A program made the position numbers and the translations under genes. The notes under the pieces are model-generated. The model searched no databases, had not been told where the DNA came from, and saw nothing but the letters and a program-made list of their open reading frames with translations. Positions 26,601 to 35,115 of a stretch of DNA of 47,559 nucleotides are shown here, one piece after another. The stretch lies in the IMG/VR virus record IMGVR_UViG_3300038674_000378, positions 1 through 47,559 of that record; one strand, written 5' to 3'. Each line of letters starts with the position of its first letter. The stretch's first letter is position 1. The DNA comes from a virus. Taxonomy: Duplodnaviria; Caudoviricetes.

Positions 26601-28708
26601 GCCGTAGTCTTTACAATACCTACAGGCCCGTAAACTTCGATGAAGTTATCGGAAACGAATCCACAGTTCAAAGCCTTCAGAAGATGTTTGAGCGTGAAGA
26701 AGGCATCCCGAATGCTATCCTGCTTCATGGGCCTAGCGGGACAGGCAAAACTACGGTTGCTCGTATCATCAAGAACCTGCTAGAAATAGCTGATCAAGAC
26801 TACAAAGAGCTTGATCTGGCCTCGACTCGTGGTATCGACAACATTCGTGATCTCCGCGAGAAATGCAAGTACAAACCGCTGCGTTCTAAGTACAGAATGT
26901 ACCTTATGGATGAGTGCTTTGCGGCAGGTACCCAGATAGAAACACCTAACGGTGCGAAAGCTATTGAATCGTTTGTAGCGGGTGATTCTGTCTATTCCAG
27001 CAACGGCGTAGATATTGTTACTAACACTTTTGTAAAAGAAATTCCACTGGATAGGCTTATTCGTGTAGAAATGGAGAATGGAAAAACATTGTTCTGTTCT
27101 GATAAACACGAGGTCTTTACAGAAAAAGGATGGAAGAATTCAGAAGATTTGGTAACCGGGGACTTGCTTTTGCCTTTCTGTTGTGATTTAGTGTCAAGCA
27201 CTAATCAAGAAAACAGGGAGAAAAACAATGGCATACACAAAAAATCCACGAATGAAACCCTGCGCTGTTTGCGGAAAACTGATGAGGGCTTATCGCAACG
27301 GGGCAGAAAGAGACTTTTGCAGCCGGAAATGCAGCGACAGAGCAAGAGAGAAGCCGCGGATAATGGTTCCGTGCGGATGGTGCGAGGAGGTCTGTATCGA
27401 GATTGTTCCGGGGAGAAGGGCACAGTCTTACACATGCAGCAAATCCTGTGCAGCCCAATTCAGGGACTTTCTTCTGGAAGGAAAGAAAAACCACACAGAC
27501 GAAGCACGAAAAGTTATGTCGGAAAGTCGGAAAGCCTTCAACAAAACACCGGCAGGATTAAGAGCAGCGAAACTTTCCTCAGAAAGGATGTTACGAAAGA
27601 ACCCGTCCAAAGACCCGCTTGTGGTAGAAAAAATAAAAGAAACGAAAAGGCTGAATGGGACTTTAAATGTTTGGCCGGGAAAACGCGGGGGCAACGGGCA
27701 ATTAACCACACCACAAAAACTGCTGGCAGTAATTCTGGGAAGTTCGTGGGTAACGGAATACAACATATCATTGGGTCCTCGAAAAGATGGGTACCCAACA
27801 AACTACAAGGTGGATATAGCTCATCCGAAGCTAAAAATAGCTGTGGAAGTAGACGGGAACAGCCACAAACACCCGAACAGTATAGAAAAAGATTTGAAGA
27901 AAACAAGGAAACTTCAAGAATTAGGGTGGCGAGTGTTGCGCGTTACGAACGAGGAAATAATGACCAACTCTTTTCAAGCGTTGTCAAAGGTAAAGAAGTT
28001 CGTCAAGGATTCATAAATCTTTATGATCTTGAAGTGAAGTCTATACCGAACTACTTTGCTAATGGTGTATTGGTACACAACTGTCACCAAGTAACAGCAC
28101 AGGCGCAGGAAGCCATGCTGAAATGGCTTGAAGATTGCCCGAAACACGTAATCATCGTATTGGCCACTACAGACCCCCAGAAACTCATAAAAACGATACT
28201 TACCCGTTGCAACAAGTTTCAGTTGAACTTACTCAGCCGCGAAGAAATGCGCGTGCTGATCGAATGGGTGCTTGATAACGAAGACATTCAGTTACCCAAG
28301 AAAGTTGTTTCGGAAATCATCGTCAAATCGGAAGGCAGCCCCCGAAATGCGCTTACGCTCTTGGATAACGTTATTGAGATTGAGGATGAAGATACTGCGC
28401 TGGAAATACTGGCGGGAGACACAGGAGAAGGCTCTAAGGAGACTATTGATCTGTGCCGTCTGCTTATGGATAGCCGTGCAACTTGGAAGCAGTATCAATC
28501 TCTCTTGGCCGCGATAAAGGATGAGCCCGAGACCGTTCGTTATTCTGTTCTCGGGTTCTGCAATTCCGTAGCTCTGAGAGAAAAAGACGAAAAGAAAATC
28601 AAAAGGGCCGTAGCAGTTATGGAATGCTTTTCGAAGAATTACTATGATTCCAAGAAAGCAGGTCTGACGTATAGCTGCTTTGAGGCTTATTACGGTATTG
28701 ACGTATGA
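26597..28708 (+). CDS. dnaX: DNA polymerase III gamma/tau-like clamp loader, intein-containing
   Basis: YRPVNFDEVIG, GPSGTGKTT, Walker B LMDE|CH split by the intein, LATTDPQK, TRC, GSPRNA. Confidence 0.92.
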   Translation: MSRSLYNTYRPVNFDEVIGNESTVQSLQKMFEREEGIPNAILLHGPSGTGKTTVARIIKNLLEIADQDYKELDLASTRGIDNIRDLREKCKYKPLRSKYRMYLMDECFAAGTQIETPNGAKAIESFVAGDSVYSSNGVDIVTNTFVKEIPLDRLIRVEMENGKTLFCSDKHEVFTEKGWKNSEDLVTGDLLLPFCCDLVSSTNQENREKNNGIHKKSTNETLRCLRKTDEGLSQRGRKRLLQPEMQRQSKREAADNGSVRMVRGGLYRDCSGEKGTVLHMQQILCSPIQGLSSGRKEKPHRRSTKSYVGKSESLQQNTGRIKSSETFLRKDVTKEPVQRPACGRKNKRNEKAEWDFKCLAGKTRGQRAINHTTKTAGSNSGKFVGNGIQHIIGSSKRWVPNKLQGGYSSSEAKNSCGSRREQPQTPEQYRKRFEENKETSRIRVASVARYERGNNDQLFSSVVKGKEVRQGFINLYDLEVKSIPNYFANGVLVHNCHQVTAQAQEAMLKWLEDCPKHVIIVLATTDPQKLIKTILTRCNKFQLNLLSREEMRVLIEWVLDNEDIQLPKKVVSEIIVKSEGSPRNALTLLDNVIEIEDEDTALEILAGDTGEGSKETIDLCRLLMDSRATWKQYQSLLAAIKDEPETVRYSVLGFCNSVALREKDEKKIKRAVAVMECFSKNYYDSKKAGLTYSCFEAYYGIDV
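26915..28081 (+). mobile_element. intein (389 aa) inserted in the DnaX Walker B motif
   Basis: Begins CFAAGTQIETPNG; block B CSDKHEV; ends YDLEV...NYFANGVLVHN followed by Cys+1. Confidence 0.93.
27228..28016 (+). CDS. Vsr/DUF559-type PD-(D/E)xK endonuclease nested in the +1 frame inside the intein
   Basis: Own GGAG SD; Zn-finger repeats CAVC/FCSRKC/CGWC/TCSKSC; YKVDIA...AVEVDGNSH...D..K...LQELGWRVLRVTNEEI. Confidence 0.88.
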   Translation: MAYTKNPRMKPCAVCGKLMRAYRNGAERDFCSRKCSDRAREKPRIMVPCGWCEEVCIEIVPGRRAQSYTCSKSCAAQFRDFLLEGKKNHTDEARKVMSESRKAFNKTPAGLRAAKLSSERMLRKNPSKDPLVVEKIKETKRLNGTLNVWPGKRGGNGQLTTPQKLLAVILGSSWVTEYNISLGPRKDGYPTNYKVDIAHPKLKIAVEVDGNSHKHPNSIEKDLKKTRKLQELGWRVLRVTNEEIMTNSFQALSKVKKFVKDS

Positions 28709-28881
28709 TCCACATTTTCTTTTTCTTTTGTTTGAACATCGTTTTTTGGTCAATCATGATGGACATTGTGAATGACGTTGAATTGAAAAAGGTGTTTGAT
28801 ACCAAAAGCAAACTGAAAAACCTTTTGAGAATAACGATTTGGCCCATAGTCATGATTATGTATTACCGGAAAAGGAGGTAG
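28705..28881 (+). CDS. small membrane protein (58 aa)
   Basis: ATGA overlap with the dnaX stop; two hydrophobic segments. Confidence 0.4.
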   Translation: MIHIFFFFCLNIVFWSIMMDIVNDVELKKVFDTKSKLKNLLRITIWPIVMIMYYRKRR

Positions 28882-28887
28882 CACTCT

Positions 28888-29379
28888 ATGTCTTCTTTGG
28901 ATAAGTTTGCCTTGGATGAGGAATGTATCCGCCAGACGGAACTCATGGACGAAGCCGTTGAGGAATGTATCAAGGCAGTCGAAGATTACAATGAAGCGGA
29001 TATGGAACTCAAGCAACGTGAATCGGAACTCGACCAGGAAATCAGGGAAGACCCTGAAAGCTTCGGCATTTCGAAATTGACTGAGGGATCGGTCAAAGCA
29101 GCCATTACCAGAGAAACAGAAGAGCTTTCTAAGAAGCTGGCAAAGGCGGAAAGCAGAAAGTATGCGGCTATTCTCAGAAAAGAAAAAGTTATCGCAAGAG
29201 GGAATGAGCTTAAAAATCTCATCAACCTCTACCTCAATGATTACTACGTAAAAGGCCACGTAGCGAGAATGGAGGAAGCGGCAGGTGAAGTGTCCACTAA
29301 ACAGCTTATGACCGCAAAATCAACAGAGTTGACTGATAGACTATCAAGAGCGAAGAAAATCAAGGCCGACAAAAAGTAG
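28888..29379 (+). CDS. coiled-coil protein, possibly UvsY-like recombination mediator
   Basis: All-helical 163 aa just upstream of the SSB; AGGAGG SD; function inferred only from position. Confidence 0.5.
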   Translation: MSSLDKFALDEECIRQTELMDEAVEECIKAVEDYNEADMELKQRESELDQEIREDPESFGISKLTEGSVKAAITRETEELSKKLAKAESRKYAAILRKEKVIARGNELKNLINLYLNDYYVKGHVARMEEAAGEVSTKQLMTAKSTELTDRLSRAKKIKADKK

Positions 29380-29517
29380 GTTTTATGGGCATTGTTATTA
29401 CGGTAATCAAATATTTGTGCTTAGTGCTGGCCATCGGCTTCGGTGTGTATTATGTAAGTCTTTTGGCTGGTGCAGGTTTTTCTGACGGCGTTTTAAAATC
29501 ATTAAGGAGAGCTAAAC

Positions 29518-30732
29518 ATGGCGAAGGAAAAGAACAGAAGAGCGATGTTCAAAAGGGGTCTTGAGGATGCTGCCAAGCGTTCTTATGAAACCCGGGATTC
29601 TTTCGGTGAATCTGAAGACTACTTCAAGAAGGGTGTGAAGATTCAGAAGTGGATCCCGAAGATCGGAGAGCACTTGATCAACATCATCCCGTTCATCGCT
29701 GGCGAAAACTGCCCGAACCAGGAAGAAGGATACGCTACTCACGTTCTGGATATTTGGGTTCACCAGCGTGTCGGCCCCAGCAACACCAGCCACATCTGTT
29801 TGGCCAAGAACTTCAAACAACCCTGCCCTCTCTGCGATCTTCAGCGCGAGATGCGCAAAGACGGCGGTTTCAGCGAAGATGACATCAAGGCTTTGCAGCC
29901 GAAACGACGCACCGTTTACAACATCGTGTGCCTGGACTCTGTGGAAGAAGAGCGCAAGGGCGTTCAGATTTGGGAAGTCTCTTTCCACTTCATGGAAAAG
30001 CACCTGGCGCAGCTTGCCAAGAATCCTCGCGGCGGCGGCTTCATCCCCTTCCAGGATCCTGACACTGGCAAGTCCATCAGCTGGAACATCGAATCCAAGG
30101 GCGGTTCCAATAAGGAATACGTTGGCCATCGTTTCGTTGATCGTGATTCCGAAGTCACTGACGAGCAGCTGGATGATGCACACACCCTGGACGAAATCAT
30201 TCACATCCCCGAATACGCCGAACTGAAGAAGGTCGTGGAACTTGTTCGTGGCGGTCTGGCCAACGAAGACGATGACCAGAACGAGCCCGAGCCGGAACCC
30301 GAAGAGCCTCGCCGTCGTCGCCGTGATGAGCCGGAAGACAAGCCGCGTCGTCGCCGCGAACCTGAGCCGGAACCTGATGAACCCGAAGATGACCTGGGCG
30401 AAGACGGCCAGCCGTGGGAAGATGAGCCTGAGCCTGAGCCGGAACCGGAAGAAAAGCCTCGCGGAAAGAAGCCTCTTCCTCGCAGGCGTGAGCCTGAGCC
30501 GGAACCCGACGAGCCGGAAGATGATGCCTACGAGGCTGAACCCGAACCGGAAGAAAGGCCGCGCCGCAAGCCCGCTCCTGCTGCTCCCAAGAAGCCTCTG
30601 CCCCGCAGACGCGAACCCGAGCCGGAATACGACGAACCCGAAGCCGGTGATCCCGACGATGACGGCTACGAGCCGGAACCCGAAGAGAAACCCAAACCTG
30701 CTGTAAAGAAACCTGGCCGCCTGCGCCGGTAA
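29518..30732 (+). CDS. gp32-like single-stranded DNA-binding protein with long repetitive acidic/basic tail
   Basis: NIIPF, WVHQ, HIC...PCPLC Zn site, YNIV, GVQIWE, DPDTGKS; tail of EPEPE/RRR repeats. Confidence 0.78.
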   Translation: MAKEKNRRAMFKRGLEDAAKRSYETRDSFGESEDYFKKGVKIQKWIPKIGEHLINIIPFIAGENCPNQEEGYATHVLDIWVHQRVGPSNTSHICLAKNFKQPCPLCDLQREMRKDGGFSEDDIKALQPKRRTVYNIVCLDSVEEERKGVQIWEVSFHFMEKHLAQLAKNPRGGGFIPFQDPDTGKSISWNIESKGGSNKEYVGHRFVDRDSEVTDEQLDDAHTLDEIIHIPEYAELKKVVELVRGGLANEDDDQNEPEPEPEEPRRRRRDEPEDKPRRRREPEPEPDEPEDDLGEDGQPWEDEPEPEPEPEEKPRGKKPLPRRREPEPEPDEPEDDAYEAEPEPEERPRRKPAPAAPKKPLPRRREPEPEYDEPEAGDPDDDGYEPEPEEKPKPAVKKPGRLRR

Positions 30733-30737
30733 ACGCA

Positions 30738-30761
30738 AGGGGCCGAAAGGCCCCTTTTCTT
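30738..30761 (+). terminator. intrinsic terminator (GAAA loop)
   Basis: AAGGGGCC-GAAA-GGCCCCTT-TTCTT. Confidence 0.85.
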
Positions 30762-30767
30762 ACCACT

Positions 30768-30968
30768 ATGCACAAAAAATACGCAAAACTAATTCAGCAT
30801 AAGTTTGAATTGCCGGATCAATCGCTGCCTATGCTTGAAGAACTCATCCTCAATATGGGCACAAAGTATTATCGCATAGGTTATTACGATTCATCGGACA
30901 TTTACCTAACACAAGAAGAGGGTAAAGAACTCGTTCAAGATAAAACAGGAGAGGATTTCGATGACTAA
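30768..30968 (+). CDS. hypothetical protein
   Basis: 66-aa ORF overlapping the next start. Confidence 0.45.
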   Translation: MHKKYAKLIQHKFELPDQSLPMLEELILNMGTKYYRIGYYDSSDIYLTQEEGKELVQDKTGEDFDD

Positions 30969-31365
30969 AGAAGACCGCCACCTGATAAGTGAGGCTTTCC
31001 GCAGAAATGTGTTTACATCTTTGGAGTCAGTGTCCAGACTCAAGGAAAAAAGCTATGGTCCGGCGGAAGAATCGTTCAACCGCATTGCTATTCTCTGGGA
31101 AGCCTACTGGAAGGCAAAAGGCATGGATGTTCCGCATACTGCCATAGATGTGGCCATGCTCATGATGTTCTTTAAGGTTTCCAGGGAAATGGGCTGTCAT
31201 GATTTCGAGAACATCCTCGACGGTGACAACTACTTCTCCTTTGCTGGCGGATTTGCTGCTGCCAATAAAACGGAAAACACGTACTGCAAAGAAGATACGA
31301 TGAAGGTAATGGAAGAAATGTTTGCTGAAGGTGTAGCCGTGCAGGAGGCCGAGGAAGATGACTAA
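30961..31365 (+). CDS. DUF6378-like phage protein
   Basis: YGPAEESFNRIAILW...DVAMLM...KVSR...ENILDGDNY. Confidence 0.65.
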   Translation: MTKEDRHLISEAFRRNVFTSLESVSRLKEKSYGPAEESFNRIAILWEAYWKAKGMDVPHTAIDVAMLMMFFKVSREMGCHDFENILDGDNYFSFAGGFAAANKTENTYCKEDTMKVMEEMFAEGVAVQEAEEDD

Positions 31366-32395
31366 GATTCTCAAACCTATCAAACCCATCAAACGTGAGG
31401 CCGAGCCGGAGGAAAAGAATGAGTCTAGCTTTAATCCCTCCAAGCCTAACTGGAAACATGTCATTTCTACAGGAAGTACAATCCTGGACCTCGCCATTTC
31501 TGGGGGCCGTCTTGAAGAAGGAGGAATCCCCACAGGAATTCTCGTGGAAATTGCAGGAGACAGTGGATCAGGAAAAACAGGAATTCTTACTGAACTCTGT
31601 GCAAGTGTCCAGGCTATGGGCGGAGCCACAAGATTTGCAGACCCTGAAGCCAGACTTGATAAAGAATATGCAGAGGTCACTGGAGCAAGCATTGAGGACG
31701 AGGATTACTTCCGACCTAAAACTGTCACCGACATGTTCACACTCCTCGAAGAGTGGGATACTGACCCTTCCATTCCTAATCTATTCGCCGGTGACAGTCT
31801 GGCAGCACTGTCCACGGAAATGGAAATGGAAGAAGGAGACAAGATGGGTATGCGAAGAGCAAAGGAACTTTCTCAAGAACTACGGAAACACTGCCTGCTC
31901 TTCCATGATCGTAACGTCCTTATGGCCTGCACGAATCAGGTCAGAACTGGACAAAACAATTCTCGCGTAACGCCGGGCGGTAATGCCGTGCCGTTTTACG
32001 CCTCTCTTCGCCTTATGTGTATTCCTACGTACACGGGCAGCAAGATCGAACTGAAGAAAAAAATTCGTGGTGTCGAACAGGTTGAAGTTATTGGCGTTCG
32101 TACACAGGTAACATGCAAGAAGAACAGCCTGGACAATCCTTTCCGTAAGGCCGACATCTTTGTCGTATTTGGTTACGGTGTTGACGATATTCGCGGCAAT
32201 CTCATGTTCTTGAAGGAAAACAAGAAGGACACCAAGTTCATTCTCGACGGCAAGGAAATCGGGGCTACAATTCCCCGAGCCATTGCTTACGTCGAAGAAA
32301 ACAATCTTGAAAAGAAACTCAAGAAGGAAACAATCGCGCTTTGGCGTGAAATTCGTGAAGCTTTCAACACTGAAAGGAAAAGGAAAAAGAGATGA
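31358..32395 (+). CDS. recA: RecA/UvsX-like recombinase
   Basis: ISTGS..LD.AI.GG, GDSGSGKT, DPE..LD..YA, DSLAAL, TNQVR, TPGGNA..FYAS.R. Confidence 0.93.
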   Translation: MTKILKPIKPIKREAEPEEKNESSFNPSKPNWKHVISTGSTILDLAISGGRLEEGGIPTGILVEIAGDSGSGKTGILTELCASVQAMGGATRFADPEARLDKEYAEVTGASIEDEDYFRPKTVTDMFTLLEEWDTDPSIPNLFAGDSLAALSTEMEMEEGDKMGMRRAKELSQELRKHCLLFHDRNVLMACTNQVRTGQNNSRVTPGGNAVPFYASLRLMCIPTYTGSKIELKKKIRGVEQVEVIGVRTQVTCKKNSLDNPFRKADIFVVFGYGVDDIRGNLMFLKENKKDTKFILDGKEIGATIPRAIAYVEENNLEKKLKKETIALWREIREAFNTERKRKKR

Positions 32396-33273
32396 GTGAC
32401 ATCCTAGTTGTTGACAGTTCTTGGTTGCTGCACCGTTCGAAGCACACGATAGGCGATATTTTATCGCACAACGACATGAAAACAGGGGTCATGTTTGGTT
32501 TCTTTTGGTCTATGTTCAAATTCTGCAAGGACTATAAGACTTCCAAGCTGATCTTCTGTTTTGATTCCAGAGAGAACCTGAGAAAGCAGTATTATTCTGG
32601 GTACAAGTTCAAGAGAACCACACAGGAAAAGACTGAATTCGAAACCTTGATGGACAATGCCGCTTTCGAACAGTTCAAGCTTATACCGAAGCTGCTTCAG
32701 CAACTAGGATTTCGTCATATCTATCGGCGTAAAGGCTTTGAATCTGACGATCTGATTGCCAGTATTTGCATTAGTAACCCCCAGTACCGAGACAATATGA
32801 TCGTCATCAGCAATGACAACGATCTTTTGCAACTGTTGCCGTACTGCAAGGGCATCGTGAATGCCAAAGGCTTCATCGACGCAGAAGGTTTCAAAGTGCA
32901 GTATGGGATAGAAGCTGGAGATTGGAAACTGGTAAAAGCCTACGCCGGGTGTGACACTGACGAAGTGCCCGGCATTCCTGGCTTTGGTATATCCACTGCT
33001 ATCAAGTTCATCAAATGCCCTCCACAAAAGGGTGTGCTTGCGCAAAGATTCTACTCTGAAGAAGGTAGACGTATTATTGAGCGGAATAAGAAGCTGACGA
33101 ACTTACCCTATGAGGGCACACCGATTATCAAAATTTCGGGCAAAGATGATCTGGATTGGGATGCTTTTTTGGATATGTGTTCTATGTATGCGTTGGAAAC
33201 ATTCCTCGGCAACAAAAAGAACTTTGAATTCTGGAAAGAATTTTTTCTTACTGGGGGTTTCAAATGCGAGTAA
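32392..33273 (+). CDS. 5'-3' exonuclease / flap endonuclease (T4 RNase H-like)
   Basis: VDSS, FCFD, YKFKR, FESDDLIA, SNDNDLLQL, GCDTDEVPGIPGFG. Confidence 0.9.
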   Translation: MSDILVVDSSWLLHRSKHTIGDILSHNDMKTGVMFGFFWSMFKFCKDYKTSKLIFCFDSRENLRKQYYSGYKFKRTTQEKTEFETLMDNAAFEQFKLIPKLLQQLGFRHIYRRKGFESDDLIASICISNPQYRDNMIVISNDNDLLQLLPYCKGIVNAKGFIDAEGFKVQYGIEAGDWKLVKAYAGCDTDEVPGIPGFGISTAIKFIKCPPQKGVLAQRFYSEEGRRIIERNKKLTNLPYEGTPIIKISGKDDLDWDAFLDMCSMYALETFLGNKKNFEFWKEFFLTGGFKCE

Positions 33274-33605
33274 AGCCCATCGAAATGTGTCTCACAGGTT
33301 CTTGTCTGGTTCTTAGGGCAAAACCTAAAGATCGTGATATTGTCTGCCTGTTTAAAAGTGCCGAGGAAGTGAATGAATTTGCGCAGGAGCTGGGCAGTGA
33401 CCAAACTTTCTATGGTGAAAACAGCCCTTTTATATCCTTGACAGACGGGAACATAAATTACATTTGTACCGATGTTCCTGAATTCTTCTACAGGTTCAAG
33501 GCATACTCTGGTGTTCTTGATCGTCTTCAACTCACAGATAAGGGTGACCGTGTGGAGATAGCGAAAGCCGCTCTTTACTGGGAAAGCCCTGAAGTTTCTT
33601 TATAA
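33264..33605 (+). CDS. hypothetical protein
   Basis: 113-aa ORF in the operon. Confidence 0.55.
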   Translation: MRVKPIEMCLTGSCLVLRAKPKDRDIVCLFKSAEEVNEFAQELGSDQTFYGENSPFISLTDGNINYICTDVPEFFYRFKAYSGVLDRLQLTDKGDRVEIAKAALYWESPEVSL

Positions 33606-33621
33606 TCCACGGGAGGCACTT

Positions 33622-33990
33622 ATGGCGTTTGCAAGCAAGAAGGTTAAGTTGGAGCTGGACAGTCTCAGGCAGATGGTAACTAATCAGAACGCGAGACTGA
33701 ATGCCTACTCCGATCTTGTCAATAGTGTTCGCAAAGAATTAATTGAAAGGGAATTGGACAGAGCCGAAGACATGAAGCATTTGTCCAACACGTTGAAGAA
33801 GCTCAAGGATATGATCAACGAAATATACACTAAGGGTCATCAAAACAATTATGATTGGAATGCTGACCCCGAGAATCTTACACGCATTGAAGGCGAGATA
33901 GCCGTCATGATTGACCATACTACGGTTCTAATTGACAGCGAAATAGACATGCACAAGGCGGAAGGTGGTGATGAACATCGGCAGAAGTGA
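33622..33990 (+). CDS. coiled-coil hypothetical protein
   Basis: GGAGG SD; heptad pattern. Confidence 0.6.
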   Translation: MAFASKKVKLELDSLRQMVTNQNARLNAYSDLVNSVRKELIERELDRAEDMKHLSNTLKKLKDMINEIYTKGHQNNYDWNADPENLTRIEGEIAVMIDHTTVLIDSEIDMHKAEGGDEHRQK

Positions 33991-34103
33991 ATACACCAGA
34001 CTGAAGGAAAAGGAAAAAGCACTCATCAAGTCTGAAAAACTTCTACAGGAAATAAAGCTTTACGCTGAAAGTATGAACTGGAAAAAGATTGTGAGGAAGG
34101 TAG

Positions 34104-34310
34104 ATGAATTCCAACAAGAAGTGCATGTATGATAATCCCGTAGGTTTCCGTAGGGAATACTGGAGAGATGGAAAACTTGTGGGCTGGTATACAAAAGAAT
34201 TCCTTGATCAGGCCGATAAGATTTTGACTATAACCAAAAAGATGGAAGTTCATCTTCGCAAATTTCAACCTGGAGTGTTGCTGGGTAATCCTGAAGCTAA
34301 AACACCATAG
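34104..34310 (+). CDS. hypothetical protein
   Basis: GAGGAAGG SD. Confidence 0.5.
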   Translation: MNSNKKCMYDNPVGFRREYWRDGKLVGWYTKEFLDQADKILTITKKMEVHLRKFQPGVLLGNPEAKTP

Positions 34311-34319
34311 GAGTAATAA

Positions 34320-34541
34320 ATGTCTATTGAAATGAATCCTCAACAGATTTACGAGCAACAGATGATTTTGATGTTTGCTCAGTTGGCATATGAATCTTAC
34401 TGCAAATTTACAGAATGGAAAAGTCTAGCCACAGGGCAAGATTTACCTAAATGGGAAAATCTTCCTCAGGGTATTAAAGATGCTTGGTGCGCTTCAACTC
34501 ATGCTGTTCTGAGGAGGTTTCATGAAAGCAGGGGCTGGTAA
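34320..34541 (+). CDS. hypothetical phage protein
   Basis: AYESY...LPKWENLP...AW; AGGAG SD. Confidence 0.55.
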   Translation: MSIEMNPQQIYEQQMILMFAQLAYESYCKFTEWKSLATGQDLPKWENLPQGIKDAWCASTHAVLRRFHESRGW

Positions 34542-35115
34542 ACGCAAGGGAGGCAATTTTGAAAATAAAATGTGTAAAGCCCTTTCACTGTGGTGGTCTG
34601 AAGGAGAACGTGATGATCTCTTTGCAAGAACAGCTAGTAGTGGAGGAAGATTCACTCAGCGACGGAAAACTAATAAGGATACGGCAAATCAAGAAGGCGA
34701 TATTACGTCCACTACCCCAGAAGGATTATTGCTCATTCATGCTTGTTGCCTTGAAATGAAGAATGGTTACAAGAACTGGTCTATCATGGATATTCTTGAC
34801 AAACCCTCTCGTAACGGCAAGAGCACACCCCAGACGTTTGAACTGTTTTTCCAGCAGGCTTGCGAGAATAAAAACAAATGGCCTGTCATCATTACCAAGA
34901 AAGATGGCCGCAAAGAACTGATATTCTATCCTATCGAAATGCACCGTAAGATTTGCTCTGTGTCATGCCTCAACATCCCTCAACATCTTGTCTATAGAAC
35001 CGGCGAAAATGCGCTCGTAGACGTTACAATGATAGGCATGAATCTTTACGATTTCTTTGACTGGGCACACGTAAAGGGTTTTAAATCCATTCTCAAAAAG
35101 GGGATAAAGAAATGA
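34522..35115 (+). CDS. Holliday junction resolvase-like PD-(D/E)xK nuclease
   Basis: KRKGGNFE, RTASSGG, GDI, LEMKNG. Confidence 0.7.
   Translation: MKAGAGKRKGGNFENKMCKALSLWWSEGERDDLFARTASSGGRFTQRRKTNKDTANQEGDITSTTPEGLLLIHACCLEMKNGYKNWSIMDILDKPSRNGKSTPQTFELFFQQACENKNKWPVIITKKDGRKELIFYPIEMHRKICSVSCLNIPQHLVYRTGENALVDVTMIGMNLYDFFDWAHVKGFKSILKKGIKK

Noticed and set aside
30280-30690. Direct repeats resembling a CRISPR or VNTR array
   Set aside because: In-frame coding repeats (EPEPE) with no constant repeat-spacer period; no cas genes in the window
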